Shown here: piece by piece, positions 41,708 through 55,569 of the stretch
Layout: each line of letters begins with the position of its first letter
How positions within the stretch are numbered: position 1 is the stretch's first letter
NCBI GenBank assembly: GCA_964016885.1
Contig: OZ024740.1
Span: 344,224,001 to 344,288,000, forward strand
Length of the DNA stretch: 64,000 nucleotides
DNA from: Eledone cirrhosa
Lineage: Eukaryota
Direction of reading: 5' to 3'
Notes under the pieces: generated by a model
Databases searched by the model: none
Told to the model about the DNA's origin: nothing
The model's input: the letters and a program-made list of their open reading frames with translations, nothing else
Position numbers and translations under genes: made by a program

Positions 41708-42118
41708 ATATACGCATATATATATAGACCCTCATGTATAGATAAGGAATGTATAACATGTAAAATAAGCCCCCATATTAACTGTAAAACTAGAAATGTA
41801 GTTTATAGTATAAGATGTACTGAAGGACAATGTAGAGACAAAAATATTGTGTACATAGGTGAGACAGCTCGTAGTGTAGGGGAACGGATAAATGAACACT
41901 GGCGAGACCTTCAAGATAATAAAGAATCATGTGTACTCTACCAACATGCTAAGATAGAACACAAGGGTAAATTAGAGAACATAGAAATAAAAATAGAATC
42001 TACACACAGAAAAGACGCAATGTTTAGACAAATCACAGAGGCAATAAACATAAAAGAATTACAACCAAAATTAAATAGAAAATATGAGTGGAACAGCAAC
42101 ATCACAACTTACAATTAA
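41708..42118 (+). pseudogene. Penelope-type GIY-YIG endonuclease domain (5'-truncated ORF, uninterrupted)
   Basis: CITC..INCKTRNVVYSIRC..C..VYIGETARSVGERINEH..H..H..RQITEA..LNRKYEW. Confidence 0.9.
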
Positions 42119-42318
42119 GGACAAAATGAAAACACACACACACATAGAACAAACAAACAACCAGTAACATGTAAATAAACAAATAAATAAATGAACATAA
42201 ACACACACAGACACCCGGATGTGGCGCATGCGCAGACTGAGCACACAACACACACACAGAAACAAAATGGCGTAGGACAGAACAAAGGAGAGGCACAGAA
42301 ACAAAGAAAGGAATCCCC

Positions 42319-42363
42319 AGTCACTGAAGAGGTCACAGAGTGTGTGACGAAAGAACTATGACT
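42319..42363 (+). ncRNA. minimal type I hammerhead ribozyme motif
   Basis: AGTCA-CTGAAGA-G-GTCAC-AGAGTGT-GTGAC-GAAA-GAAC-TA-TGACT. Confidence 0.82.
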
Positions 42364-42931
42364 ATATATAAACAACTATCTGGTTGTGGAACCAACCAAC
42401 CAGAAATTTATAAATTTATAAATATATAATAAATTGAAGTGAAAGCGACTGGTGCGTGTGTTTCTTATTGGCAACATGACCCTCCCAAAGTATAACACTA
42501 TATATATATATACACACACACATATCCATATATATATATCTGTGTGTGTGAGTTTGTGTGTATGTGTGTGAGTGTGTGTGTGTGTTTGATTATGTGAACA
42601 AAGTGTAGAATCATAAATGCCTGAAGGAGTGTCCTGACTGAAGCGTATATATTTAAATGATGCCTGTCTGAATAGTGTAATGTGAAAAACATAATTAACT
42701 GAGTGAATAATCCCAGCTTCAAGATAGAAAAGCCTTTTTATGTTTGCTCACTTAATGAAAAGGGGATACAACTCCTGTAGCTTCTGCTAATCCAATCCTT
42801 TTTTTTTTTTAGCAATTTAAAATAATGCAATAAATACATAAGCTAACTTTATGAAAGCAATAGTCTGTTTATATCATATTAAATATATCAGTGAAGCATA
42901 TTCACTTGGCAAGTTGTTTAGACTAGATCGT

Positions 42932-42992
<61 letters not shown>

Positions 42993-42997
<5 letters not shown>

Positions 42998-43162
42998 TAA
43001 AATAGCAGATTAAAGTTTAAACAAAGGTGAAGGCAGCGATTCTTTGCTTAAACATTAATCTGTTATTTTAATAAATATTTGCACTAGGGTTCTTATATAT
43101 TTTATATATATATATATTTATCCTTAACGAGCCCTCTTTGAATTTTAGTCTCCACATTTATT

Positions 43163-43165
<3 letters not shown>
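42993..43165 (+). mobile_element. foldback element of the 4241 family
   Basis: Inverted arm 42993-43020, forward arm from the HHR 3' half through the tail; (TA)n on the left. Confidence 0.7.
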
Positions 43166-43194
<29 letters not shown>

Positions 43195-43609
43195 TATGTT
43201 CATATATATATATACCTCGAATTGTTCCGATGTCTACAGGAATTCTTACCTTTACTTACTTCTCATTATCAAAAAGTTTCGAGGAGATATGGTCTTGAAA
43301 TTACAAACATAATATCAGTTGCTTTATGAATCATCCCCACTCACCATATTCAGAATAAGAAATGTTATTTATATGTATATATTTCAGGCAGAACTCTCTT
43401 CTGAAGCATTTTCTTCTGCACCTTTTTGACAAGCATAATCAGTGAATATTTTTTTGTCATCTTTCCTATATACATTTAGGCATTCGAGTCGAGCTAACTT
43501 GGTGAGGGAATATTCTTCGCTGAGGATATGTCATATGATCGGATCATACTCTTGTTTACAATCACACATACACACACACATATATGTATGAATGTATGTA
43601 TGTTTGTAT

Positions 43610-43666
<57 letters not shown>

Positions 43667-44179
43667 GATACGCAGCCTAATTGCCGGGAGCATTGTTGAG
43701 ACAATCATGTTGTATTATGTTTCAAATTACTGCTGAAGAATATTATTCGGAGGGAAACAGACTAAAAGTTGAAAAATAATCTAGAAAATGTAAGTAAATA
43801 TCTATTGAAATACACCTTCGAAAATTAGTTAATTAAGTTACTCCTAGTAATTAATTGTATTGAATTTAATTTTAGTCTGGAGGAAAAGGAGATTTAATTT
43901 CTAAGTTTGAATTTTTAACATAAAATCGTCTAGTAAAAGATATTGTGACCAGCACACTAATAATTGTGTCACTATGTATGCTTTTAAAATGACAAAAAAA
44001 AAAAAAATCCTAAATAATCACAAGGTTAAAAACATAGTGAGAGAAAGATCAGTCAATTATATTGACATCTCATTTGATTGGTTCCTTGTTTCTCAGAACC
44101 CAATAAGATGAAACGTAAGTGTCATCAGCGTGATTTGAAATTGCAACATATATCGCAAAATATTTGATCTAATGCCTTA

Positions 44180-44520
44180 ATAATGGTTTCTGATTTAGGC
44201 ACAAAGCCAGTGATTTTTTTTTTTGGGGGGGGGTCGATTAAATCGACCCCAGTACGTTACTGGTGCTTTATTTTATCGAGCCCTTAAGGATGAAAGGTAA
44301 AGTTAACCTCGGCGGGATTTGAACTCAAACCGTAAAGGACCGCAGGGAAAGTCGATTAAATCGACTCCAGTACATTACTGGTACTTTATTTTATCGACCC
44401 CGTAAGGATGAAAGGCGAAGCTAACCTCGGCGGGATTTGAACTCAGAACATAAAGGGATATAACTCTATGCCGTCAAGTATATTGTCCGACGCTCTACCG
44501 ATTCTTCTTATCCACCACCA
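44180..44520 (-). mobile_element. two tandem SINE family S2 copies
   Basis: Two reverse-complement cores at ~44270 and ~44390. Confidence 0.85.
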
Positions 44521-44755
44521 TATCCAATGCACTAATAATTGAAAACAATCTAGTTATTACTACATAAAGCCAGAATTGTTTTAAGGGATATACAACTAAT
44601 CTAATTAACCGGTACTTTATTATATCTATACTGAAAGGGAGATAGACACATAATACCCAATAGTATTTGAACTGTTATAATACCAATAATAATTATGACA
44701 CTAACCGGAGTGGCTGAAGTAATAGTAATAGTAGCACCAGCAGCAGCTGTAGTAA

Positions 44756-44811
<56 letters not shown>

Positions 44812-45617
44812 ATAAAGTTTTGAACAAGAAGGACAAGTCCTTGTATTTGATGTTTCGACTCCCCCTTCGGGCTCTTCCTGCCGATTAGGGACACGATCTT
44901 GAAGTTCCTGCTGCTGCTGATGATGATGATGATGATATCGATGATGTCAATGATTATGATGTTGAGGAAGAGAAAGAGTATGCAACGGGAGGAGATGGGA
45001 ATGTGTACGGTGCTGATGCTGTACTGTTGATGTTTAGAACGATGACGTCATGGATGACGATTATGAGAATGGTGTTGATTATGATGATAAATGTATTGTT
45101 GATTATGGTGATGATGATGATGAACGCGACGTCGATTATTATTAGTTGTAGCAGTAGTAGTTGTAGTTGAAGATGATGGTTTTGTTACTTCTGTTTGTGG
45201 TGGAGTCTCCCTTCCTTGAAAATGCAATTACACACTTAGGTCTCAGAGGAAAGTAAAACGAGAAAAGAATGGCTAGATTCGGTTTGCGTGCAGGAACAAA
45301 CGAACATGACCGAGGCAGGCGTCGATAAAATTAACTGAAGCCTTAGAAATTCCAGCCTTTGCTAAGTGCCGGAGTACCAGCGGCGAAGAAGTTAGGCATG
45401 AAGAGGGAATGGTGGTGTTGACCAGAAACAAGAAGCCTTGCAACAGACTAACTTTTAGCGTGCTATCACACGCTACCTCGACTCCGTTCTTCAACACCCA
45501 TTGCAGTGTATCACTCAAGTTTCATTTCACACAAACGCACACATACACACACACAAGCACAAACAAACAAACTAACACACACACATATGTGTGTATATAC
45601 ACACATTTACTGTTTAC

Positions 45618-46080
<463 letters not shown>

Positions 46081-46575
46081 TACCAATGGATATATGTATA
46101 TATATGTAACATTTATACATAGATGCGCGTGCACACACACATACACATACACACATATACACAAACATACACACACATATATACATGTATATATATATAT
46201 ATGTGTGTGTGTGCGTATGTTTTTATGTACTCCTATATGTTTGTGTGTTTTTGTGTGTTCTGTTGAATAAGATGAAGTACTTGTTTCACTGACTTATTTT
46301 GCGAAAAGAAAAAAAAAAACAAACAAATCAAGTAAAATTTTAAAACGCTGCTTTGGGTGTATGTGGGGTAATATTGACTGCCCTTACAGTTCGAAAGCTT
46401 CGTCGAATTAGCCGCGATAGCAATTGCCTCTTCCAGCCGATCAAAAATGGTCACTGGTTTCATAGCATAGCTTCAATTCAGTATTGATCGTAAACATCAC
46501 TTGAAAGGTATCGTGAACAGTCATCCAAACGACCGCTACACATAACTATCATACATCCACACACAAACAGAAGAC

Positions 46576-46607
<32 letters not shown>

Positions 46608-46702
46608 GGATGAACACACACTTATACACACATAGGGAAACAAACATGCACACACACTCGTACATATATACACCTAGAAACAAATTTACATTGAGTGATA
46701 TT

Positions 46703-46760
<58 letters not shown>

Positions 46761-47173
46761 AACACACACACATACACACACACACACACATACACATACG
46801 CACATACATACACACACACACATATAAATATACATGTACATATCTAAAGGCAGACGTTTATGAAAGCGCATTTACAGATAAAAACACATACATCAACACA
46901 CACATACGTAAAATCATACATATACACGCACATACTTGAAAACAAACGCATACAAAATATATGCGCACAAATACAAATAGAGACATTAAATAAAGAAATG
47001 CAATAAGTAAATATCAATTATGTGCAAAAATCTAAAGGTTAACTGATATGGGGTTAGACAAGGAGTAATGTTAAATATTATTAGTTGGTGGATCAAGTTA
47101 GGGTTAGTTGTTCAAGTAGAAAACGTATTTACAATAATTATTTTTCGTATTAATATTTTTCGCTCCACCATGC

Positions 47174-47194
47174 GCCCTTGTGGCCAATAAATGA
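47174..47194 (+). mobile_element. extreme 3' stub of Tx1 family B
   Basis: GCCCTTGTGGCCAATAAATGA is identical to 53858-53878 and is followed by (ATT)n. Confidence 0.65.
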
Positions 47195-47219
47195 CGTTAT
47201 TATTATTATTATTATTATT

Positions 47220-47965
47220 TTTCTTTGAGTCTCAGTCATTGATGTTATTTAACTGGAAAGTTTGTTGAAATGAATATCAAGCCACTACCTGCAGCCTCAG
47301 ATATTCAAGACGTATCAGAGGGTTCTTGCTGTTCCCAGCAAGCATGCCTTTTGAAGCGTTCCAAAAAGCGTGAAGGGGCCAATTTTATTTAACCATCCTT
47401 GGAAACTCTTTGAGATAGTACCTAGTGCGCCTATGACAATCGGGACGACTCTGACTTCATGGCAGTTCCAAATCCTTTTTACCTCCCACTTTAAGTCCTT
47501 GTATCGGTTAATTTTCTCTCTCTTCTTCTCTTGCACTCTCGTGTCGAATGGGCAGGCTACATCCACAATCAGGCACGATGTTTTTCCCTTGTCCAAAACC
47601 ACCAGGTCAGGTCTATTGTGTTCCAGTTTCTTGTGCGTCTGTATCCTAAAATCCCACAGCACCTTCACCTGATCGTTTTCCATCACCGACTCTGGGTTAT
47701 GCTCATACCACTTCTCAGAATGTGGTAAATTGTTTACTTTGCATAGGTGCCAGTGGATCACCCTGCCCATCACATCATGCCTCCAGCCTTTATAATGAGT
47801 CTGGGCTAGGTGTTTACACTCGGATACAAAGTGAGCCACAGTCTCCCCTCTCTCTCCACAGATCCTACACAGTGGGCTAGCCTCCTCCTTGTAAATATGG
47901 TGTTTCAGCCACTTCGTTTTGAGGGCCTGCTCTTGCGCAGCCATTAGCATTCCTTCTGTAGCCTT
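47220..47965 (-). mobile_element. 5'-truncated R4/Dong-like RLE LINE (family 1)
   Basis: AAQEQAL, CRICG..H..C, RHD, NRPDLVV, DVACPFD, PIVIGALG; (ATT)n on both sides. Confidence 0.9.
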
Positions 47966-48194
47966 TTATTATTATTATTATTATTATTGGTCTGTTCGGA
48001 CGTCTTTTGCTAGCTCCCAGTAAGTCGCTTTATTTTCCTGTTAAAATTATTTGTTGTTAAATAGTTCTTGTTGTGTAAGGGATATAAGCCCTTAGACTTT
48101 GCCCTGTGAACGGGAAAGTATAATATTTGGGCCAAAAGGCCCAAATATTTGAACTTTTTTTTACATGTTAAAAATTTACGGAGAAAAAAAAAAC

Positions 48195-50182
48195 ATGGCC
48201 GAGCCACGCCCCCAAGCGATATGTCTGCTGTCGTGCGACAGTGACGTAGTTGAGAGGAGCGCTACAGCGACATTAACACAAATTGATAACACAAACACCA
48301 CTACAAACAATGTAAACAAAGACACCAATGATAACAATGAGAACTCTAATTTTGAAAAAAATGACAGTAACAGCGACAACGAAAATACAGATAACAAAAA
48401 AAATAACAAATGCAACAACAATATCAACACAACTAACATGAAAACAAACAGCGACAACACCAACAACAACAATACCAACTGCATTGAGAACAACGGTGGC
48501 AACAGAGACAACAATGATAACAGCGACAGTGCTAACAACAACACCAACAAGAACAACGACAACGACAACAACAGCCCCAACGAAAAGAAGAAGAACACTT
48601 TCGCTGCGGCAGCAGCAAAAAAGAGGCCATGCTTCAACATGGACCTCTCAAACAAAGATGAAAAGTTGGCCCAGGCATGGAAGATCATCAAGCAAGAGCA
48701 AACCTGGGCCAACTTAACTGTCCCGGTAGAAGCTATTGAGGCAGTGGAGAGCAGAACGGTGCATTATAGATGCATCTCAGCACAAACCAAACCAAAAGGG
48801 CAGCTTTAATCAACAAGAAAATGTCGAAGTCGCGTGGAGGTGCATCAGAGAAGACACCGAATACATAGAGAGGAGCAGACAGTACGGTACCATTTCCGTA
48901 TTGTTCAATTCAGAAGCCCTCGCTATGAAACACCCTATGACTCCTTGCAAAACCAGCAAGGTCATAATGTACCCCTCCCACATGGGAAAAAGAACGGCCC
49001 ATCTCCGCATTCCCAGAATCCCACCAGGACTTGACATATGTTGGCTTATGGGATGTGTGATTGTGGAGGGGACGGATACCGTCCCTAAAGAAGTAACCAG
49101 AACGGCCAGAGAGGAATGGTCCGGGGTTAACCTGGAGATCCTTCTCCAGATCAGGCCCGAGAATGTGAAGACAATACCGGACCACATACGCCTTCAGAAT
49201 GGGACGGTCATTCACATTATGACCGAAGGCAATAGGCCGCAGTGTTTTGTTTTGGGGAAAAAACCCATTTGCAAGCCTTCTGCCCTCAACTGCTGAAAGA
49301 GGCAAGGGGTTGAAAGACTCCACTACTGCCGACGCCGGGGCGAGGACCACAACCAACACCAGCACCGGAAAAACCACCAACAACAACACCAATAGAAAGA
49401 CCATCACCAACATTGACCACCCAGGGGGGAAACGAGGAAAGCTGTCAAATTCCCCCTCCCACCAAAATACACACACCAATAAAACCATAAACATACATAC
49501 AGACACATTTACAGACACAGACCCCTCATCTACCAGTAGTGAAGATGAGGGAAAACCAAAATCCCCCAAAATAAAACAAAGGAAACACAAAAAAAAAAAA
49601 AAAAAAAAAATCAACAAAGCACAAAATCACCCACAATAAAAAACGCAGACACCACCCACGCAAACATCTCTCCAATAACTCCAACATCAACACCACTATC
49701 ACCATCACCACAATCCCCCAAACGCAAACAACCTAAACAGACGCAAGAACAAATATACACACAAACATCTGAAACCACAGACACCGCACTCACAACAAAC
49801 ACAGACACAACCGAAACAACACCACCAAAACCATCACCACCATAGCCACGCAAACAAATAAAATCACATCAACAAAACATACAAAACTTCGTGCTCGTCA
49901 GGAGGGCCAACAAGGAACTGATGGCCCTCGTAGCACGAAGTGAAAATATACAAAAAGAGGGGGAAATGTTTAAATCGAGCACATTTCGCTGTGCCGGAAG
50001 ATTTGATTCTGGTGCGAATGTCGATATATTTATTCAAAGAAATACGAGACAGCTTTCCTCGGGACGTGGGAACCCCGAAGGTAAAACCCACTTCAAGACT
50101 TTTAATGGGGTTCCCAAAAGAAACCCCACCAACTATGGATGTCGAACAACCCGACCTTCACAAGAGCCCGGAAGTTAAGTAA
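48195..50182 (+). pseudogene. Tx1 ORF1, disrupted
   Basis: Asn/Asp-rich N-terminus, TFAAAA motif, TEGNRPQC degenerate knuckle. Confidence 0.75.
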
Positions 50183-50213
50183 ACCTTCCTCTCTCTCTTT
50201 TTATCCTACCAAC

Positions 50214-53200
50214 ATGGCCGTATTAAGAGTAGGATGTTTAAATGTTCGAGGCCTGGGATCGTCCTGGAAGCAGGGTCACCTGCTCAACAACCTCAGGTCT
50301 ATAGAAATGGATGTAATTGCCCTCAGCGAGATCAGGATTTCCGACACGCGCGCACTAGCCCCCATTTTCGACGACTATCAGATCTTTGCATCTGTTAGCC
50401 GGCCGGGAATGGGAGGCGGGGTGGCAGTGCTGTTTAGGAAAGGCCTGGATCTTGAGGTATGGTCGATCTTCCGGGACCCGGACGGGAAGTTGGTGGTCCT
50501 GGACGTGAACAATAACGAAGGTGGTGCCTTTAGACTGGTGGCCGTCTATGCTCCTACTGGGGCAGGACGGTCGGACTTCTTTAGACGCCTGGAAGCCTCT
50601 CTGAGTACGTCTCGCCCTTTACTGTTAGCGGGGGACTGGAAAGGCATCTTAGACGTACGCTGAGACTGTGTGGGAGTATCCGATAGGAGCGGGGGGTGAA
50701 AAAGCCTCAAGAACCTGATCAGCCAGTTCCAACTGTCTGACAGGTACCGACTAGATTTCCCTAATGCGCCAGTGTGGACCTGGGCTAACCGTATTGGGTC
50801 ATCTAGATCGTATATAGGAAAATAGACAGAAATAGTGTAAGCTGTCTACGTTTTGAAACGGTTGCCTATTCAGATCACAAGTTTGTGATCTGTATGGTCG
50901 ACCTAGATAAGACGCGTAGGTTAGGACCTGGTTACTGGAAGCTAAACTTGTCATTTCCGGCACGTAAGGCTTACAGGGACCAGGTCAACAATTTAGTTAA
51001 GAAAAAGTTGACAGGGGGAGTCGTCAACAATAGATGGTGGGGGTTCTCAAAAGAGAGATTAGAGTAATGTCGATAGAGTTTAGCAAAGAAGTAGTGTTAG
51101 AGAAAAATAGAAAGGAGGGGGAGTTGGTAGATGAGTTAGACGAGGCTATTGGTAGAGGCATTCCAACTGACGTGCTAGCGGCGAGAATGGCATTAGACCA
51201 TTTCTTCAAGGCGAAACACGATGGTTGCATTTTCAGAGCTAAGGCGCGTGCTCTGAGAAACGAGGGAACAAAGCTGTTTGATGGGCCCGCGTGGCAGAGG
51301 CGCAGCGTGGTAATAAAACCACGAATCGGATTTTGACGTACCGAAACGGACACGAGCTGAGCGATTCCAAGAGGTTGTGTGAGGCCTTCGCCAACATTTT
51401 GCTCGGTTGTTCGGGGGAAGTGGCGGGTCAGAGATGGTGGCAGACTTCAGTCCCTACCTCGATGGCTTGCCGAAACTCTCGAGGGCTGACGCTGGGCTCT
51501 GCGAAAGGCCAATTACTTCAGCCGAGATTCAGGATGCCCTTGTCGGCTGCATGAGGCGCAAGTCACCCGGTTTGAATGGTCTGCCCTACGAGCTTTACGT
51601 AAATATGCCAGCCTTGTTCTCCAATCTCCTCGAAGCCCTCTACTGCAACTGGCAACAACACGGGAGTATTCACAGTTCTGTGAGCCGGGGCGTAGTGACG
51701 CTGATAAGGAAAGACGAGAACAAGAAGGACACATTAGACAATTCCAGGCCCATAACTCTGCTCAACACAGAGTTTAAGATTTTGGCCAGGGTGTTAGCGA
51801 AGAGGTTGGCGCTTGTCGTCGGGGATTTGGTTGAGGAGGCGCAAACTTGCGCAATCCCAACCAGGTCCATACACGACAACATCCACCTAATGCGATACAT
51901 CATAGAGAGAGTAGGGTGTAAACCTGGCTTCGGTGGGGCTCTGATCAATTTAGATCAAACGAAAGCATTCGATAGGGTCGACCATCGGTACCTGGAGGCT
52001 GTCCTCAAGGCGGCTGGCTTCGGCCCCGTCTTCAGAAGCTGGATCGCTGCAATGCACAGCGGCACCTGCTCGATGGTCAAAATTAATGGCCACTTCGCGG
52101 AACCGTTTCAGGTCTCCCGATCGGTCCGTCAAGGGTGCCCTCTCTCCTCCCTTCTGTACGTATTGACTCTCGAGCCTTTACGGCGGAAGCTGGAGCTGTT
52201 GCAGGGCATCCTGCTCGAACCGGGACGCGGAAAGGCGGTGTCGGCTTATGCGGACGACATCACCGTGATGGTGTCGGTCACCTCAGAAATCGAGGTGGTC
52301 GGCAACTCATTGGAGGAATATGAAAGGTTGACGGGAGCAAAACTTAACTCGGAAAAGTCAGTAGGCTTGCAACTTGGCACCTGGAGAGGCAAGTCCATGC
52401 CGTCGAACAGCGTCGTGTGGCGCTGGACGGACGGACCGGTAAAGTTGCTAGGGGTTTGGTTCGGGCCAGACCTCCAGGTGGATAAGAATTGGGACAGGTG
52501 ACGGGCAGGGTAGCCAGTCTCACCCTGAAGTGGACTGGCATGAAGATATCACTGAAAGGTCGGGCGGAGGTGGCGAACGCGTACATCGCGTCCGTCATCT
52601 ACTACCGTCTGACTGTCGTCCCTTGCCTCCGTTCGCGCCTCGCCATCTTGGAGCGGCTCCTCTTCAAATTCTTGTGGGGGGTCAGGTTCCGCTGGTGAGG
52701 CGGTCCATCTGCTGCCAGCACCCTCTACGTGGAGGGCTGGGCATGCCGTGGCTAATGATGCGCAGGCATGCGCTGAGGCTGAGGCATCTCCAGATATTCT
52801 GCCTAAACGGTGAACAGGTGTGGTCGCCGTTTGTCAGACGGGCCTTTCGGCAGCTCGTTTCTTTGACTGAGCTACAGTCCTGGGTCAAGAAGAGACCGAG
52901 ACTGGGTGACTGGCATCTGGAATGTTGCCAGGCACTCACTGCCCTCTACCAGGCGGGCAATGCGGTCAGTGGAACTTCCACTCTCGGGTTCTATAGAGTG
53001 GTGGGAAAGTGCGACGACGCACTCGGAGAGGCTCTGGGAGTCAATGAAGTCGAACTAACCAGTCTGTACCGGAGGACTTTCGAGCCGGGGACGATGGGTA
53101 ATTTCCAAAAATCCCTCACTTGGCAGTGCTACCGGGGGGCACTGCCGGTTCGAGATAAACTCTACAGGCACGGAAGTGCTGTCAGATGTACCTGCCCGAG

Positions 53201-53610
53201 ATGCGCGCAGAGCGACGAAACCGTTCTGCACGCACTCGTCCAGTGTCCGTGCATTACTGACTTGTGGAGTTATGTTGAACAGCTGTTGTCGCGTGTAGAA
53301 CGGATCCGGCTATCGGCCGAGTCTATAGTGAAGATCAACACGCCGCCTTCTTTTGGCCAGGAAGGGCAGGCAAATTTCCTCTGTCTGGTGGCAGTAGCTA
53401 AAGAGGTTGTATGGTGGACGAGGTTGAAGGACTGAAGACAGAACTTTTCCCTTCGGCCAATCCCTCATCAACTTTTTCAAGTTTCACTTGGAAAGGAAGG
53501 TGAGGGTGGAGAGAGAAATGCTGCCCCCCAGTACATTTGCTGAAAGGTGGGTGAATGTGGCGAGAATGGCCCGTGTGAGTGGGCCTACTCTGGTCATGCG
53601 GCTGTATGTA
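50214..53610 (+). pseudogene. Tx1 ORF2 (APE, RT, Zn-binding region), disrupted
   Basis: GCLNVRGL, AGDW, YSDH, KSPGLNGL, RQGCPLS, YADD, CPRC..H..C. Confidence 0.93.
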
Positions 53611-53907
53611 GGTAAACTTGAAGAGGAGGGGAGTGCCCTTCCAGGGTGCTCTCGAAGCGTCGGGTCGTTCAGGACTGGTGGGATACCTGAGCGAACCCTA
53701 GGTGGTCATCCCCCCTATTGGGGAATCTTTTCTTGTTGTAATTTTCTTGTTACTTTATTGTTACTTTGTTATTGTTACTTTGTTTATTCATATTGTTTAC
53801 TCGATTTTTCTGTAAAACCCCACTGTCCCAGTCCTTTGTATTGTCCCCTATATGTCGGCCCTTGTGGCCAATAAATGAAATCATTATTATTATTATTATT
53901 ATTATTA

Positions 53908-55342
53908 CAGTTGCATTTATCTTGCTTTATGTTCATACGAGTTATCACCAAGTCACAACCAGTGGCCTCAAGAGACAACAAGGTCCGCCATGTTCAAGAA
54001 AGAACATACATATTCACACATGCATCTTTAGTGTTTAGACTTGTGATGTACTTATATTGACAGAATCTTCCTTATTATATGGGCAGTTCCCATTAATACT
54101 ATCTTTTGTATTTCTCCTATACGCGGGTTTCCTGGGATTTGCGATATGTAATCATTAGACCCCTTAGGTATCATTCCCAGAGCGCCTGCAACCACTGGTA
54201 TTGTTTTAGTTCTCAATTTCCACATTTTACCAATTTCTATCTCCAGGTCCTTATACTTGCTCAATTATTCAAATGTTTTATAGATACATTCTTGTCTATT
54301 GGAACAGACATATCAATTAGCAGGCATACCCTCTTTTGAACGTCTTTCAATATTATATCAGGTCTGTTTGCATCTATTTTTCGGTCTGTTTGGATGCTAA
54401 AGTTCCACATGATTGAGATGTAATCTTTTTCAAGTATGGGAGGTGGTTGATGCTCCCACCAATTCTTTTGATGGGGCAGGTCAAAATGCTTACACATTAT
54501 CCAATGTATGTATTGTGCAGCTCTGTCATGCCTGTTTAGGTATTCGGTTGGAGCTATAGGACTGCACATTGAAATTATATGGTCAATGGTCTCTGGTTGT
54601 TTTTTGCAATACACGGCATAATGGGCTGCACCCATTTTTTATTATGTTGGCTTGGTAATTTTTTGTTGGCAGACACTGATCTTGTGCCGATATAATCAGT
54701 CCTTCAGTCTCCGATTTCAGTCCAGAGGATGCCAACCACTGATGGGTTAAAGTTTTGTCAACATCAGGATTGTTAGCTCGCTCTGGGTATTTTCCATACA
54801 GAGGCTTTTCTTGCCATTTCTTAGCCAGTTTCTGTAGCAGTTCTTTCTTTGCAGTTACTTTTACCTGCTTTGCTTTTTCTGTGTTTTCCATTTCAGCAGT
54901 AAATGGGACTTCTGAAATTTGTAGTCCATTACTGTATCTTTGTGCATCTTTTGTAATGGAATATGATCTTTTGATGCTTTCGTGTTTCAAAACGAGTTTG
55001 ATCATCCAATCATGTGATTCCCTTAGATATGTAGATAATCCAATTGTTGCAGTTTTCAACGCAATGTCTAACTGGATTAACCCACGTCCTCCTTCTTTCC
55101 TAGGGAGATATATTCTATCTATATCTGCCTTAGGGTGATGCATTCTGTGCATGGTTAAGAATTTTGGAATTTTTGTATCGAGCCTACGGATCTCGGTGCT
55201 TGACCAGTTGATGACATTGTAACTGTAGGTTACTACTGGTATGGCAAGCGTGTTTATGGCATCGATCCTATTCCTTGCATTCAATTCCGTTCTTAAGATT
55301 GCTCTTACTCTGCGGTAACATTCCTTCCTTATCCTTTCCCTT
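53908..55342 (-). mobile_element. 5'-truncated R4/Dong-like RLE LINE (family 2)
   Basis: RIYLPRKEGGRGL, SAQDQ, CRVL, RHD, NRPDIIL, DMSVP, PVVAGALG; (ATT)n on both sides. Confidence 0.92.
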
Positions 55343-55344
55343 AC

Positions 55345-55377
<33 letters not shown>

Positions 55378-55569
55378 CTTTATTATCGACTTCCATCATT
55401 ACGACTTTGATAAAATATAGCACCAGTAACGCACTGGGGTTGATTTAATCGATTTTGCCTTCCCCCTAAATTGGTAGTCTTGAGCTTAGAGTAGAAACAA
55501 TTGTTATTAATATTAATATTGTATCATCATCATTATCACCATCATCATTATTATAATTGATGTTGTTGA

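Larger units (their letters stand above)
41708..42498 (+). mobile_element. 5'-truncated Penelope-like retroelement (GIY-YIG endonuclease plus pLTR with HHR), family P
   Basis: GIY-YIG ORF, downstream HHR, (TA)n on both flanks. Confidence 0.9.
47989..53882 (+). mobile_element. full-length L1-Tx1 LINE (family B), frameshifted, in (ATT)n
   Basis: ORF1 plus ORF2 homologous to family A; AATAAA end; (ATT)n on both sides. Confidence 0.92.

Noticed and set aside
48165-48809. Asn-rich 214 aa ORF as a host or prion-like gene
   Set aside because: It is the N-terminal part of Tx1-B ORF1.
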